Origin: Rubripirellula sp.
GTDB taxonomy: Bacteria; Planctomycetota; Planctomycetia; Pirellulales; Pirellulaceae
Direction of reading: 5' to 3'
Length of the DNA: 64,000 bases
Assembly: GCA_965216875.1 (NCBI GenBank)
Contig: OZ244207.1
Location: 4,992,001 to 5,056,000, forward strand
How positions within the stretch are numbered: position 1 is the stretch's first letter; each line of letters begins with the position of its first letter. The position numbers and the translations under genes are program-made. Shown here one piece after another: positions 1 to 8,900 of the stretch. The notes under the pieces are model-generated. The model made no database searches. It saw only the letters and a list, made by a program, of their open reading frames with translations, and was not told the DNA's origin.

Positions 1-714
1 GGCGAAGGTGGCGATCCGCTGTTTGGTGGCCCCAAAAACATTCCCATGATGATGCAGCATTGGTACGGAGTTCCACGAGAGAAAAACTTCCGCGAAAAAG
101 CGTACCTGGCATCCTATCGCCGCGCTTATGAAGAATGGTCGCGTGTGTTGCATCCCAACATACGCGAGCAAATTGATCCCCAGCGCGACTTGGAAGCGAT
201 TCTTCAACCCTACTTCGAAACCGACGCGCTGAATTCGTTTCTCAACAAACTGATGGCGATCAACATTCGTTTGAAAGGGGCGCACTTGATACAGCCAAAA
301 GTCGAACGAATGCTCGCCGCATCAGGCCTGGTCCCACTCGCACCGTTGTTTGACGAGGATTTGATTGAACTCAGTTTTCAGATGCCGCCCACGATGAAAC
401 TGCGCCAGGGGATTGAAAAGTGGGCTCTCAAACGTGCCTACGATGATGCCTTACCGAGCGGAATCATCGAGCGTCCCAAGAGCGGCATGCGAGTGCCGGT
501 GCATTACTGGTTCCAGCGTGAAATGCGTCGCGTTGCCAAGAAAACGTTGTCTCGTCGCCGTCTCAAGTCCGCCGAACTGTTCGATCCCGCACGCGTCCGC
601 CAACTGCTGGCCTACGATGTCGAAGAATCGTCCGGCCGTTATGGCATGCGGCTTTGGATGTTGATGACCTTCGAGCTTTGGCGAGAGCAACTGGTCGAAC
701 GATCAGCCGCTTAG
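1..714 (+). CDS. Asparagine synthase (glutamine-hydrolysing) family protein, C-terminal part; 5' end lies before the window
   Basis: Frame is open from base 1: GEGGDPLFGG (cf. GEGADELFGG), then ...APLFDEDLIE...EKWALKRA...IIERPKSGMRVP, typical of the Asn synthase C-domain. Confidence 0.85.
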   Translation, partial: GEGGDPLFGGPKNIPMMMQHWYGVPREKNFREKAYLASYRRAYEEWSRVLHPNIREQIDPQRDLEAILQPYFETDALNSFLNKLMAINIRLKGAHLIQPKVERMLAASGLVPLAPLFDEDLIELSFQMPPTMKLRQGIEKWALKRAYDDALPSGIIERPKSGMRVPVHYWFQREMRRVAKKTLSRRRLKSAELFDPARVRQLLAYDVEESSGRYGMRLWMLMTFELWREQLVERSAA

Positions 715-760
715 GTGCAGGACTTTTCCGCGATCCGCGCATCCAACCCTCGCGTACGGT

Positions 761-828
761 CTCTTCATAGTCGGGGCCTCTTCATAGTCGGGGCCTCTTC
801 ATGGTCGGGGCCTCTTCATAGTCGGGGC
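761..828. repeat. 17-bp tandem repeat x4 (CTCTTCATRGTCGGGGC)
   Basis: Units start at 761, 778, 795 and 812; one A/G variant. Confidence 0.95.
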
Positions 829-874
829 AACGAGACGCCTGTTCGTTTGAAAGTCATTCACTGCGAGAGCCACG

Positions 875-1108
875 ATGAGCTACGGCGCTGGGCCGCTTTT
901 CGGCTTCTTTCTGTTTTGGTTCTGCATCTTTGTTGTGCCGCCAATTGTGATCATTGGCCTTCACAGCCCAATCAAGAACGGGCACCTCGTTCCCTCTGAG
1001 AACAGGCTACTGATCCGCTTCCTCACGATCGTGGGCACGCTCTTGGTTTCATTGACCGCGGTCTTCATGCTCTTCTTTATTCGACACGTGGCGGCAATTG
1101 CCGGATAA
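875..1108 (+). CDS. Small two-TM membrane protein, hypothetical
   Basis: 77 aa with two hydrophobic segments; fills an intergenic gap. Confidence 0.5.
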   Translation: MSYGAGPLFGFFLFWFCIFVVPPIVIIGLHSPIKNGHLVPSENRLLIRFLTIVGTLLVSLTAVFMLFFIRHVAAIAG

Positions 1109-1169
1109 GACGACGTTCAAACTTGGGCCCCGCGTCGCCTCGTACTCTCATCGAGTGTGATTGGTTGAA

Positions 1170-1235
1170 TGCCGCCTTTCGCTCCGCGATAGCTGCATCC
1201 GCTAACGCAAGTCTTGCTGAGCAAAAGGCGACTTT
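1170..1235. repeat. Palindromic REPIN-like element, family G (GYCGCCTTTYGCTCCGC...GCRAAAGGCGAC)
   Basis: Imperfect inverted repeat; related copy at 27148-27225. Confidence 0.75.
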
Positions 1236-1374
1236 TTTGAGACTCGCTCCCAAATGATCGCGGCCTCGCAGAGACCACTGCATCACAGACGCTGGTCAAG
1301 TATCTTGAATACAGTCCATTGCCTATTGGCTGGACCGATGACATGCCGGTTTCCCCCTCCGCTCAACCTTCCGC

Positions 1375-3939
1375 ATGAAACCTCTCTACGCTTGGACCAT
1401 CCTCTTGGTCCTCATAACGCACAACGTTCACGCAGACTTTCAGGTTGCTGCCGGATTGTCGCTTCGCAAAGTCGCGGGTGATGATCTTGTTCCCGACTGC
1501 ACTTGCATCACCGTCACACCCGACAATCGTGTCGTTGCGTCCGGGCCGGGCTACATTCGGATTTTGGAAGACGTCGATGGTGATGGAGGATTCGATCGAT
1601 TTCGAACGATTGTGGACCGTCCAAGCCGCGGCGCGCACGGTCTATTCGTCGACGAAGAACAACTCCTCTTTGTCGGCGACGGTGGTGTCTGGAAAATCGA
1701 TGATGTGGACTCAAACGGCACCTTCAAGGGCGAGCCATCCCAAGTCCTGAGAATCAAGACGGGCGGCGAGCATGATGCGCATGCGATTCGCAAAGGCTTT
1801 GACAACCATTGGTATTTGATCTGCGGAAACGGAGTTCCCGATCCGGCCCAGCTTCAAAACCGCCTCCAGCCCCTCATCGAGCGTCCGCGGGCTGGAGTGA
1901 TCTGGCGAATCACAGCCGATTGGTCACGTAGGGAAGTGTTTGCCCACGGTTTCCGAAACGCCTATGACTTCGACTTTGGACCTGGCAAAACAATCGACAC
2001 CTTTGACAGCGATGGCGAGAGAGACGTTTCGCTGCCGTGGTACCGCCCAACACGCGTCTTTCGAGTGCGTCACGGAGACGACGCCGGCTGGATCTCGCGA
2101 AGCTGGAAGCGTCCCAACACCGATCCGCAGATGCCGCAGGTGCTTGCAGAATTTGGCCGCGGTTCGCCAACGGGAGTGGCACGTTATCGGCATGGCCGGT
2201 TTCCCGATCGGTTTCATCATGGCGTTTTCGTTGCCGATTGGACATTTGGACGCCTGCTTTTTGTCGGTGACGATGGCCGTCGCGAAGTCATCGTCGAGCC
2301 TGATGGCACCACCGGCTTTGCCATCACTGACGTCGAATGCACTCAAGATGGAAAGCTCGCCATCAGCGTTGGCGGGCGAGGCTCGCAGGGAGCCCTTTAT
2401 TTGCTCGATGCGAAACGACCACGAGCCGGCGCGCCGCAACCACATCCCTGGTCGACCGCGTTTCAAACGCGAGGCCCCTCCGAAGCGGCGGCGCGAGTCG
2501 TCGCACTTCGGTCCGCTCAGCCAATCAATGGCGACGTCGATGCCGCCAACCAAGCCATCGTGATCCTCCGCAATGGTCGATCAGCATTGCGACAGACTGG
2601 TCGAGACAGCGCAAATGAAGATCTCTTTGAAGCTTGCGCCCTGTTGATTGAAAGTGTTGGCAGCCTCGGCCCCGGGGATCCCAAAGACGCAAGAGGAAAG
2701 GAACAAGCCGCTGCTGTCTTTGACGGTTATCGTGGACCGTCGCGTCCCAAGCTGCCCAAGCTCGTGCACCAAGCGGCAACGGACGCTTTGGTGAATCTCA
2801 TTACATCAAACCAGCCGCGTTTGGTTCGAGATGAAGCGGTTCGCGCCCTTGCCGTACTCGAGCCTGAGTCCGGCACAGCGTTGGCCGCGCTGATCGATGA
2901 TATTGCACGCGTCAAAAGCCCAACGGCAAAGCTTCATCGATTGATCGCGAGCGCTCGATTGCCGGTCCGTCACAACGACATCACCACGGAACAGATCGTG
3001 GAGGCCATGATCGAGATTCCGATCCTCGTTGACTCCAGCGGGTTCAACATCGACCGCAATTGGGCACCACGTCTGGCCGAATTGCATGACGCACTTCAAC
3101 GCAACGATTCGTTGTTGACGAGTCGCTTAGTCACCAATCCCAAATTTGGTCATCCTTCGCACCTCGTTTGGACGCTCCGGATGGATCCCGAGAACCTCGA
3201 GCGGTTCCGCGTTCGCTTGCTTGGCGATCCTAAACGACGCCGTGACCCGAAACTCGCGAGATTCATCGCCGAGGGCAACGACGCTATCCGTCGTAGCGTG
3301 ATCAAAGATTGGTTGGAGAATGCTGAAACACGGCCCGCCGCTTGGCTCGCGATCGCGAATCATCCCAACGCCAATGACGTCGCGACTCTAACCACAGCCT
3401 ATCGGTCACTCGACCCCGCCATACACGCTGCCGCGGCTCAGGCGTTGCAAAAGCTCGGTGTCGATCCGCCGCAACCGAGAGAAGCTGCCGAATCCGTGAA
3501 AAACTGGCTTGCGCGTGGCGAGGCGATCTTTGCCCTCTCACCGAACCGCGAAAAAGGCAAGCAGCTCTATATCGAAAAGTCTTGCGCAACCTGCCATCAA
3601 GGTACCAAGACGCTTGGACCACGACTCGAAGGGGTTTCCAAACGGTTCAGCCAAAGCGACGTGCTGCGTGCAACGGTTGACCCGAATCATCACATTCCCG
3701 ATCGTTTCCGGGCGAAACAAGTTTTGACAAGCGATGGACAGGTCGTCGTCGGCATGAAAATCTATGAGAGCGTCGACGGCTTGACCCTGATGACCGCCGA
3801 GGGCAAAACCGTCCGCATCAACGCACCTGAGATCGAAGAGTCTCGGCCGGCTGCAAAGTCGCTGATGCCAGAAGGTTTGCTCGAAGGAATGAGCAACCAA
3901 CAGGCCGCTGATCTGATCGACTACGTCCGCTCGATGTAG
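1375..3939 (+). CDS. PVC-type membrane-bound dehydrogenase-like beta-propeller / HEAT / cytochrome c protein
   Basis: Signal peptide; GFRNAYDFDF and GRGSPTG propeller motifs; C-terminal CATCH heme motif and SLMPEGL. Confidence 0.85.
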   Translation: MKPLYAWTILLVLITHNVHADFQVAAGLSLRKVAGDDLVPDCTCITVTPDNRVVASGPGYIRILEDVDGDGGFDRFRTIVDRPSRGAHGLFVDEEQLLFVGDGGVWKIDDVDSNGTFKGEPSQVLRIKTGGEHDAHAIRKGFDNHWYLICGNGVPDPAQLQNRLQPLIERPRAGVIWRITADWSRREVFAHGFRNAYDFDFGPGKTIDTFDSDGERDVSLPWYRPTRVFRVRHGDDAGWISRSWKRPNTDPQMPQVLAEFGRGSPTGVARYRHGRFPDRFHHGVFVADWTFGRLLFVGDDGRREVIVEPDGTTGFAITDVECTQDGKLAISVGGRGSQGALYLLDAKRPRAGAPQPHPWSTAFQTRGPSEAAARVVALRSAQPINGDVDAANQAIVILRNGRSALRQTGRDSANEDLFEACALLIESVGSLGPGDPKDARGKEQAAAVFDGYRGPSRPKLPKLVHQAATDALVNLITSNQPRLVRDEAVRALAVLEPESGTALAALIDDIARVKSPTAKLHRLIASARLPVRHNDITTEQIVEAMIEIPILVDSSGFNIDRNWAPRLAELHDALQRNDSLLTSRLVTNPKFGHPSHLVWTLRMDPENLERFRVRLLGDPKRRRDPKLARFIAEGNDAIRRSVIKDWLENAETRPAAWLAIANHPNANDVATLTTAYRSLDPAIHAAAAQALQKLGVDPPQPREAAESVKNWLARGEAIFALSPNREKGKQLYIEKSCATCHQGTKTLGPRLEGVSKRFSQSDVLRATVDPNHHIPDRFRAKQVLTSDGQVVVGMKIYESVDGLTLMTAEGKTVRINAPEIEESRPAAKSLMPEGLLEGMSNQQAADLIDYVRSM

Positions 3940-4076
3940 AAGTCCTCAACACTGGACGGGCAAGTTGCTGCCGGGTTTCTACACGGATTTGGCGTCAACA
4001 TGCAAGACAACCGGCAGCCACTCGACCATGATGTCGGGGTCATCTTGTCCTTGAAGTCCAAATGTCTGAAGTCCAC

Positions 4077-4847
4077 ATGTTTTATCGCAGCCTCCTCTTT
4101 GCCGCGTCGTTGGTTGGCCTCGTTGCCGGCCCCGTCGCGAACTCGGCCGAAACCGACCATCCAATCGTGATCGTTCACGGTGCGTGGGGCGGCTCGCACC
4201 ATTGGAAGGCCGTCGCCGACGAGTTGACTCAAAAACACGGGCACACCGTCCGTCGTGTTTCATTGACGGGACTCGGTCCCAAACAACATTTGGCAACGCC
4301 AGACGTCGATCTCGACACACACATTCAAGATGTTGTCAATGCGATCGAATTTGATGAACTGAAGGACGTGATCGTGATCGCGCACAGTTATGGTGGTGTC
4401 GTCGCGTCGGGTGTTGCCCACAAGATCCCAGCGCGTCTTGCGCACGTTTACTATTTGGATTCGCACCTGCTTGAAGACGGCGAGTGCTACTTAACGCATC
4501 ATGCTGACGCGCGAGAGCAACTCACCAAACGAGCCGCTGAAGCGGGCGACGGCTGGCTGATTCCAGTCGATTGGCCCAATCACGTTCGCGACGTACCACA
4601 TCCGCTGGCGACGTTGACCCAAGCGCTCAAGCTTGATCACTCCGACGGTGCATCGGTCGCGGCATCCTATTGGCTGTTTGCTGACGGTAGGCCGGCCGAG
4701 CAAGATAGCCGCCATCGGTATCTCGAACGAGCCAAAACGCGTGGCTACACAACCCGAGTTCTGGATTGGAATCACAACCCACAACGGGAACGCCCAACGG
4801 ACGTGGCAACGGCCATCGACAAAGCGATCGACACACTTCAACACTGA
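4077..4847 (+). CDS. Secreted alpha/beta hydrolase (salicylate-esterase-like)
   Basis: Signal peptide; IVHGAWGG oxyanion motif and AHSYGG nucleophile elbow; alternative start at 4062. Confidence 0.85.
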   Translation: MFYRSLLFAASLVGLVAGPVANSAETDHPIVIVHGAWGGSHHWKAVADELTQKHGHTVRRVSLTGLGPKQHLATPDVDLDTHIQDVVNAIEFDELKDVIVIAHSYGGVVASGVAHKIPARLAHVYYLDSHLLEDGECYLTHHADAREQLTKRAAEAGDGWLIPVDWPNHVRDVPHPLATLTQALKLDHSDGASVAASYWLFADGRPAEQDSRHRYLERAKTRGYTTRVLDWNHNPQRERPTDVATAIDKAIDTLQH

Positions 4848-4853
4848 GCGCCT

Positions 4854-5158
4854 GTGATATCGGCGGCTAGCGTTTGTTCGTAGTACCGAGCTTTAGCCGG
4901 AATCTTTAGGCTCTGCCGCCTGAAGGCGGGACGACGAACAAGAAGCGTCCGAGCGACTGTGATTCTCCGTGAGCCGAACGCGCTAGCGTCGGGCCTTGCA
5001 ACATCGGCCTTGCTTGGTGCGTTGTGATACCGGCGGCTAGCGTTTGTTCGTAGTACCGAGCTTTAGCCGGAATCTTCAGGCTCTGCCGCCTGAAGGCGGG
5101 ACGACGGACAAGAGGCATTCGAACGACTGAGGTTTTCCGTGAGCCGAACGCGCCAGCG
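4854..5158. repeat. Composite REP cluster, a 170-bp-period direct duplication containing family B and family F palindromes
   Basis: Sequence from 4861 recurs at 5031; contains GTTCGTAGTACCGAGCTTTAGCCGGAATC...CCGCCTGAAGGCGGGACGAC and GTGAGCCGAACGCGCTAGCG. Confidence 0.9.
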
Positions 5159-5319
5159 CGTACGGCTCATCGATGAGTGGCAAGGCGACCTACAAACCCG
5201 TGCACAAGTTTTTTGTTCCCGATCTGTTAAGCACTCCAAGCTTCTACGGTTAGAGACGCTGTTTCGAGGCGGCGACACTCGCTCGTCTCGATCATCGAAC
5301 GTGTTTCGAGTGCGCCAAA

Positions 5320-6792
5320 ATGACTGATCAACAAACGCCAAGCGGCACTGCGCCGCTTTCTTGGTTCTGTGTCTCTGCGCCCGTAGGGCAGCGAAGCTAT
5401 GCCTTGGTCGGAATCTCGCTAGGGGCCTTCAAGTACATCGTTGAAGGCACGTTCGTGTTCCTGATGACGGGCGATTGGTACACACCGATCGATTTTGTGA
5501 ACCCCTGGCTAAGCAGTCGCGCCCCGTTTCTGGCCGACATTCCGGCCGCCGCAACCGTTTGGCTGATCTTTACGATTCCGTTCGTTTGGATCGCGATCGC
5601 CATGAGCGTTCGCCGCGCCGCTGACATCGGCATCTCGCCGTGGTGGGGCCTGTTGATGCTCATTCCGCTCTTGAACCTGCTCATCATGCTCATGCTCGCG
5701 GTGCTTCCGAGCGGCTTGTTGAAATTGACTCCCGATGAAGTCAAAGCGTCCCAGCGTCGCCGTAGTGAAATGGCAGCCGCTTTTGGACCGCCAGCCGACG
5801 AGGAGGAGACGCCGCGATCGCGGCCCTTGCCCCGCGATGATTCTCCACTGGCGGCCGCCTTAGCCGCCATGACCGTCGGAGCGGTCACTCAGGTTGGCAT
5901 TGGCATGTTCAGCGTCTGGGCCTTTCAACTTTACGGGCTCATCCTCTTTTTCGCGGCGCCCGTGATCGCGGGTGCCGCATCGGGGTTTGTCTTCAATCAA
6001 CACCATCAACGTGGTGGCTTCACAACGATTGGAATCGTCACCGGAATGAATGTCGCTTCGATGTTCGCAATGTTGGGCGTCGGTCTTGATGGAGCGATCT
6101 GCTTGATGATGGCCTACCCGCTTCTCTTTCCGCTGACCATCATTGGCGCGCTCGTTGGCCGATCGATCGCATTGTCAGGCTTGCGGCCAGGCATGAATGA
6201 AAAGAAAGGGATGATCGGAACCATCATCATGCTGCCGCTTTGCCTGGCACTTGAATCGCTTGATGATCGCAGCCCCGTTCATGCGGTGACCACGTCGGTT
6301 GAAATCGACGCACCCCCTTCGGTGGTTTGGAACAACGTCATCAGCTTCCCCGACATCGAATCGGACATGGCATGGTATTTCCGCGCTGGCATCGCCGCTC
6401 CTCTGCGCGCACGCATCGATGGCGAAGGGGTTGGTGCGGTGCGGCACTGCGAATTCACAACCGGAACCTTCGTCGAGCCGATCACCGTCTGGAACGAACC
6501 AGAGCACCTTGCTTTTGACGTTGCCTCGCAACCGAAGCCGATGACCGAGTGGACGCCGTTTGCGCACCTGCATCCGCCGCACCTCGACACCGGCTTCGTC
6601 AGTCACCGCGGTGAATTCCGACTCGAAGCTCTGCCGGACGGAAGAACACGTCTGCATGGCACGACTTGGTATTCACTTGATGTACGCCCGCGTCTTTACT
6701 GGAAAGGTTTGGCTGACCCGATGCTGCACTCGATTCACTACCGCGTACTTGAACACATCGCTACCCAAGCGGAACGCGATTCACAAAGTTGA
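5320..6792 (+). CDS. DUF805 membrane domain fused to SRPBCC/polyketide-cyclase-like domain
   Basis: SVRRAADIGISPWWGLLMLIP (DUF805-like); many TM helices; VTTSVEIDAPPSVVW (SRPBCC start). Confidence 0.75.
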   Translation: MTDQQTPSGTAPLSWFCVSAPVGQRSYALVGISLGAFKYIVEGTFVFLMTGDWYTPIDFVNPWLSSRAPFLADIPAAATVWLIFTIPFVWIAIAMSVRRAADIGISPWWGLLMLIPLLNLLIMLMLAVLPSGLLKLTPDEVKASQRRRSEMAAAFGPPADEEETPRSRPLPRDDSPLAAALAAMTVGAVTQVGIGMFSVWAFQLYGLILFFAAPVIAGAASGFVFNQHHQRGGFTTIGIVTGMNVASMFAMLGVGLDGAICLMMAYPLLFPLTIIGALVGRSIALSGLRPGMNEKKGMIGTIIMLPLCLALESLDDRSPVHAVTTSVEIDAPPSVVWNNVISFPDIESDMAWYFRAGIAAPLRARIDGEGVGAVRHCEFTTGTFVEPITVWNEPEHLAFDVASQPKPMTEWTPFAHLHPPHLDTGFVSHRGEFRLEALPDGRTRLHGTTWYSLDVRPRLYWKGLADPMLHSIHYRVLEHIATQAERDSQS

Positions 6793-6814
6793 TTAGGCAC
6801 TGCGCACGTGAGTT

Positions 6815-6854
6815 GTAGGCCGGATCAAGGAGCGACAGCGAAACAGATCCGGGA
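6815..6854 (+). repeat. REP family A (GTAGGCCGGATCAAGGAGCGACAGCG...AGATCCGG)
   Basis: One of 7 copies in the window. Confidence 0.9.
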
Positions 6855-6963
6855 TGTTTCGATGAGCGTCCCCATCCGCCTACACAAACTCAACAATAAC
6901 ATCGAGCGAACACGCTTTAGCCAACCCCTAACACACGTTAGGAACATTGTTCGCACGCAAACG

Positions 6964-6991
6964 TTGACAAGGCCTCGGTTTGCCCCATACT
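6964..6991 (+). promoter_or_regulatory. Sigma70-like promoter
   Basis: TTGACA-16 nt-CATACT. Confidence 0.55.
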
Positions 6992-6994
6992 CGT

Positions 6995-7050
6995 CCTACC
7001 AAATGGCCGGTACCACATGGTTCGTACCACATGTCTGGTACCACATGGTG
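6995..7050. repeat. 14-bp-period imperfect tandem repeat x4 (core TACCAMATG)
   Basis: cctaccaaatggcc / ggtaccacatggtt / cgtaccacatgtct / ggtaccacatggtg. Confidence 0.85.
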
Positions 7051-7250
7051 CGGGGCGATCCCGTTGAAAGCAGCCACCACAAACGGCTCGCCCCGTTTCA
7101 CCATTCATCCGACACCCTCTTTCTCTTTCGAATAGCAACTTTCGTTTCGCGCCGCTTTGCGTGAAGCGACAACCGAATAGGACGCGCAGCGTGACGTGCG
7201 TCCTTCGCCGCGAACCTTGTGGTGAGAGCCCTCGCCACAAGGTTCTTTTT
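7045..7250 (+). ncRNA. Candidate structured RNA or attenuator leader (unassigned)
   Basis: Four successive hairpins, the last followed by a U-tract, downstream of a promoter-like motif. Confidence 0.35.
7212..7250 (+). terminator. Intrinsic terminator
   Basis: GAACCTTGTGGTGAG-AGCC-CTCGCCACAAGGTTC followed by TTTTT. Confidence 0.75.
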
Positions 7251-7388
7251 GATCCTGCGGCGTTCTTTTTGATCCTGCGGCGCAATGTCCCCTTCGAGCC
7301 TGGAACGTATTCGGGCCAGCGAAACGTGCTGGTAATACGCTAGACTGTCGCCTTTGACCAGAATCAGAATCTGTCTTCAGGGCGCGGC

Positions 7389-8876
7389 ATGGACGCAGCA
7401 AACTCACCGCACATCGTGATCGTCGGCGCCGGTATGAGTGGGCTTTGCTTGGCGATTCAGTTGAAGCGTGCCGGCTTTCACAACATCACTCTGTTGGAAG
7501 CCTCCAGCGAAGTTGGCGGCACATGGAACAAGAACACGTACCCCAACGCGGGTTGCGACGTTCCTTCGTACCTCTATTCCTATTCGTTTGCGTCGAATCA
7601 TTGCTGGTCGATGAAGTACGCGCGCCAGCCCGAGATCCTTGACTATTTCCGGCAATGCGCCGAGCGATTCGATGTCCGGCGATCTATAAGATTCGAGACG
7701 ATGGTCGAATCGGCGACCTTTGATGAAGCGACGGGACGTTGGAAAGTACGGACCGATGCAGGCGACGAAATTGTGGCTGACGTCTTCGTGAGTGCCGTTG
7801 GCCAACTCAACCGTCCCGCGATTCCGTCGTTTCAATCGGCAGACGTGTTTGAGGGCGAAGCGTGGCACAGTGCCCAATGGAATCACGACTACGAGCTTGC
7901 AGGCAAGAACGTTGCCGTGGTCGGAAACGGTGCCAGCGCCATTCAATTCATGCCAATCATCGCCGAGCAATGCAAGAAAGTGGTGTTGTTTCAACGCACC
8001 GCAAGCTGGATCCATCCACTCCACAACTACCGTTACCCCAAGTGGGCGCAGCGATGTATGCGGTGGATACCCTTTGCGGCCAAATTACACCGACTCTCTA
8101 TCTTCCTGAGTTGCGAGTGGCGAATCGTTGCGTTCCGCGAAGGGAGCAAATTGAACAAGGAATACGCGCGTTGGTTGCGCCGCCAAATGCGAAGACGACT
8201 GCCCAATGAAGATTGGGAAAAACTGATTCCCACCTATGCACCAGGGTGCAAACGCATCCTCTTGTCGAGCGACTACCTCGAAACACTTTCTCGCGACGAT
8301 GTCGAAGTCGTCCTCGATCCGATTACCGGTTTCACCAAAGACCAGATTGTGACCGGTGAATCGAGTTACGATGTCGATGCGGTGATCTACGCAACAGGAT
8401 TTCGCGCGACCGAATTCTTGCAACCCATGACCATCCGCGGCCGCGGCGGCAAAACACTCGAGCAAGAATGGAAAGCCCGGCCCAAGGCATACCTCGGTCT
8501 TGCTGTGCCGGAGTTCCCGAACCTGTTCATGTTGTACGGTCCCAACACGAACCTCGGGCACAACTCGATCATCTATATGGTCGAGCAACAAGTCAACTTC
8601 ATCATCAAGTGCCTCAAACGCATGCGAAACCGATCGGCCAACACGATCGAAGTTCGCCGCGAAGCACTTGATCAATACGATGCTCAGGTGCAGTCGGAAC
8701 TTGCCTCATCGGTTTGGGCCGGCGACTGCACGAACTGGTACAAGTCAGCCGATGGAACGATCCCCAATAACTGGTGGGGATCGGCGATGGCCTATCGCCG
8801 CCGACTCAAGCGTCCTCGGTTCGATAACTTCAAGTTTGGAACAGCAAAGGACGCTGCCGCCAGCGGCGAGGGTTAG
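7389..8876 (+). CDS. Baeyer-Villiger / flavin-containing monooxygenase
   Basis: GAGMSG, GGTWNKNTYP, the type I BVMO fingerprint FEGEAWHSAQW, GNGASA and ATGF. Confidence 0.92.
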   Translation: MDAANSPHIVIVGAGMSGLCLAIQLKRAGFHNITLLEASSEVGGTWNKNTYPNAGCDVPSYLYSYSFASNHCWSMKYARQPEILDYFRQCAERFDVRRSIRFETMVESATFDEATGRWKVRTDAGDEIVADVFVSAVGQLNRPAIPSFQSADVFEGEAWHSAQWNHDYELAGKNVAVVGNGASAIQFMPIIAEQCKKVVLFQRTASWIHPLHNYRYPKWAQRCMRWIPFAAKLHRLSIFLSCEWRIVAFREGSKLNKEYARWLRRQMRRRLPNEDWEKLIPTYAPGCKRILLSSDYLETLSRDDVEVVLDPITGFTKDQIVTGESSYDVDAVIYATGFRATEFLQPMTIRGRGGKTLEQEWKARPKAYLGLAVPEFPNLFMLYGPNTNLGHNSIIYMVEQQVNFIIKCLKRMRNRSANTIEVRREALDQYDAQVQSELASSVWAGDCTNWYKSADGTIPNNWWGSAMAYRRRLKRPRFDNFKFGTAKDAAASGEG

Positions 8877-8900
8877 GGCAGTAGGAACCTTATCGGCGAG

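Noticed and set aside
1..714. Asn-synthase-like gene as a lasso peptide cyclase
   Set aside because: No precursor, RRE or B-peptidase gene downstream; the upstream context is outside the window
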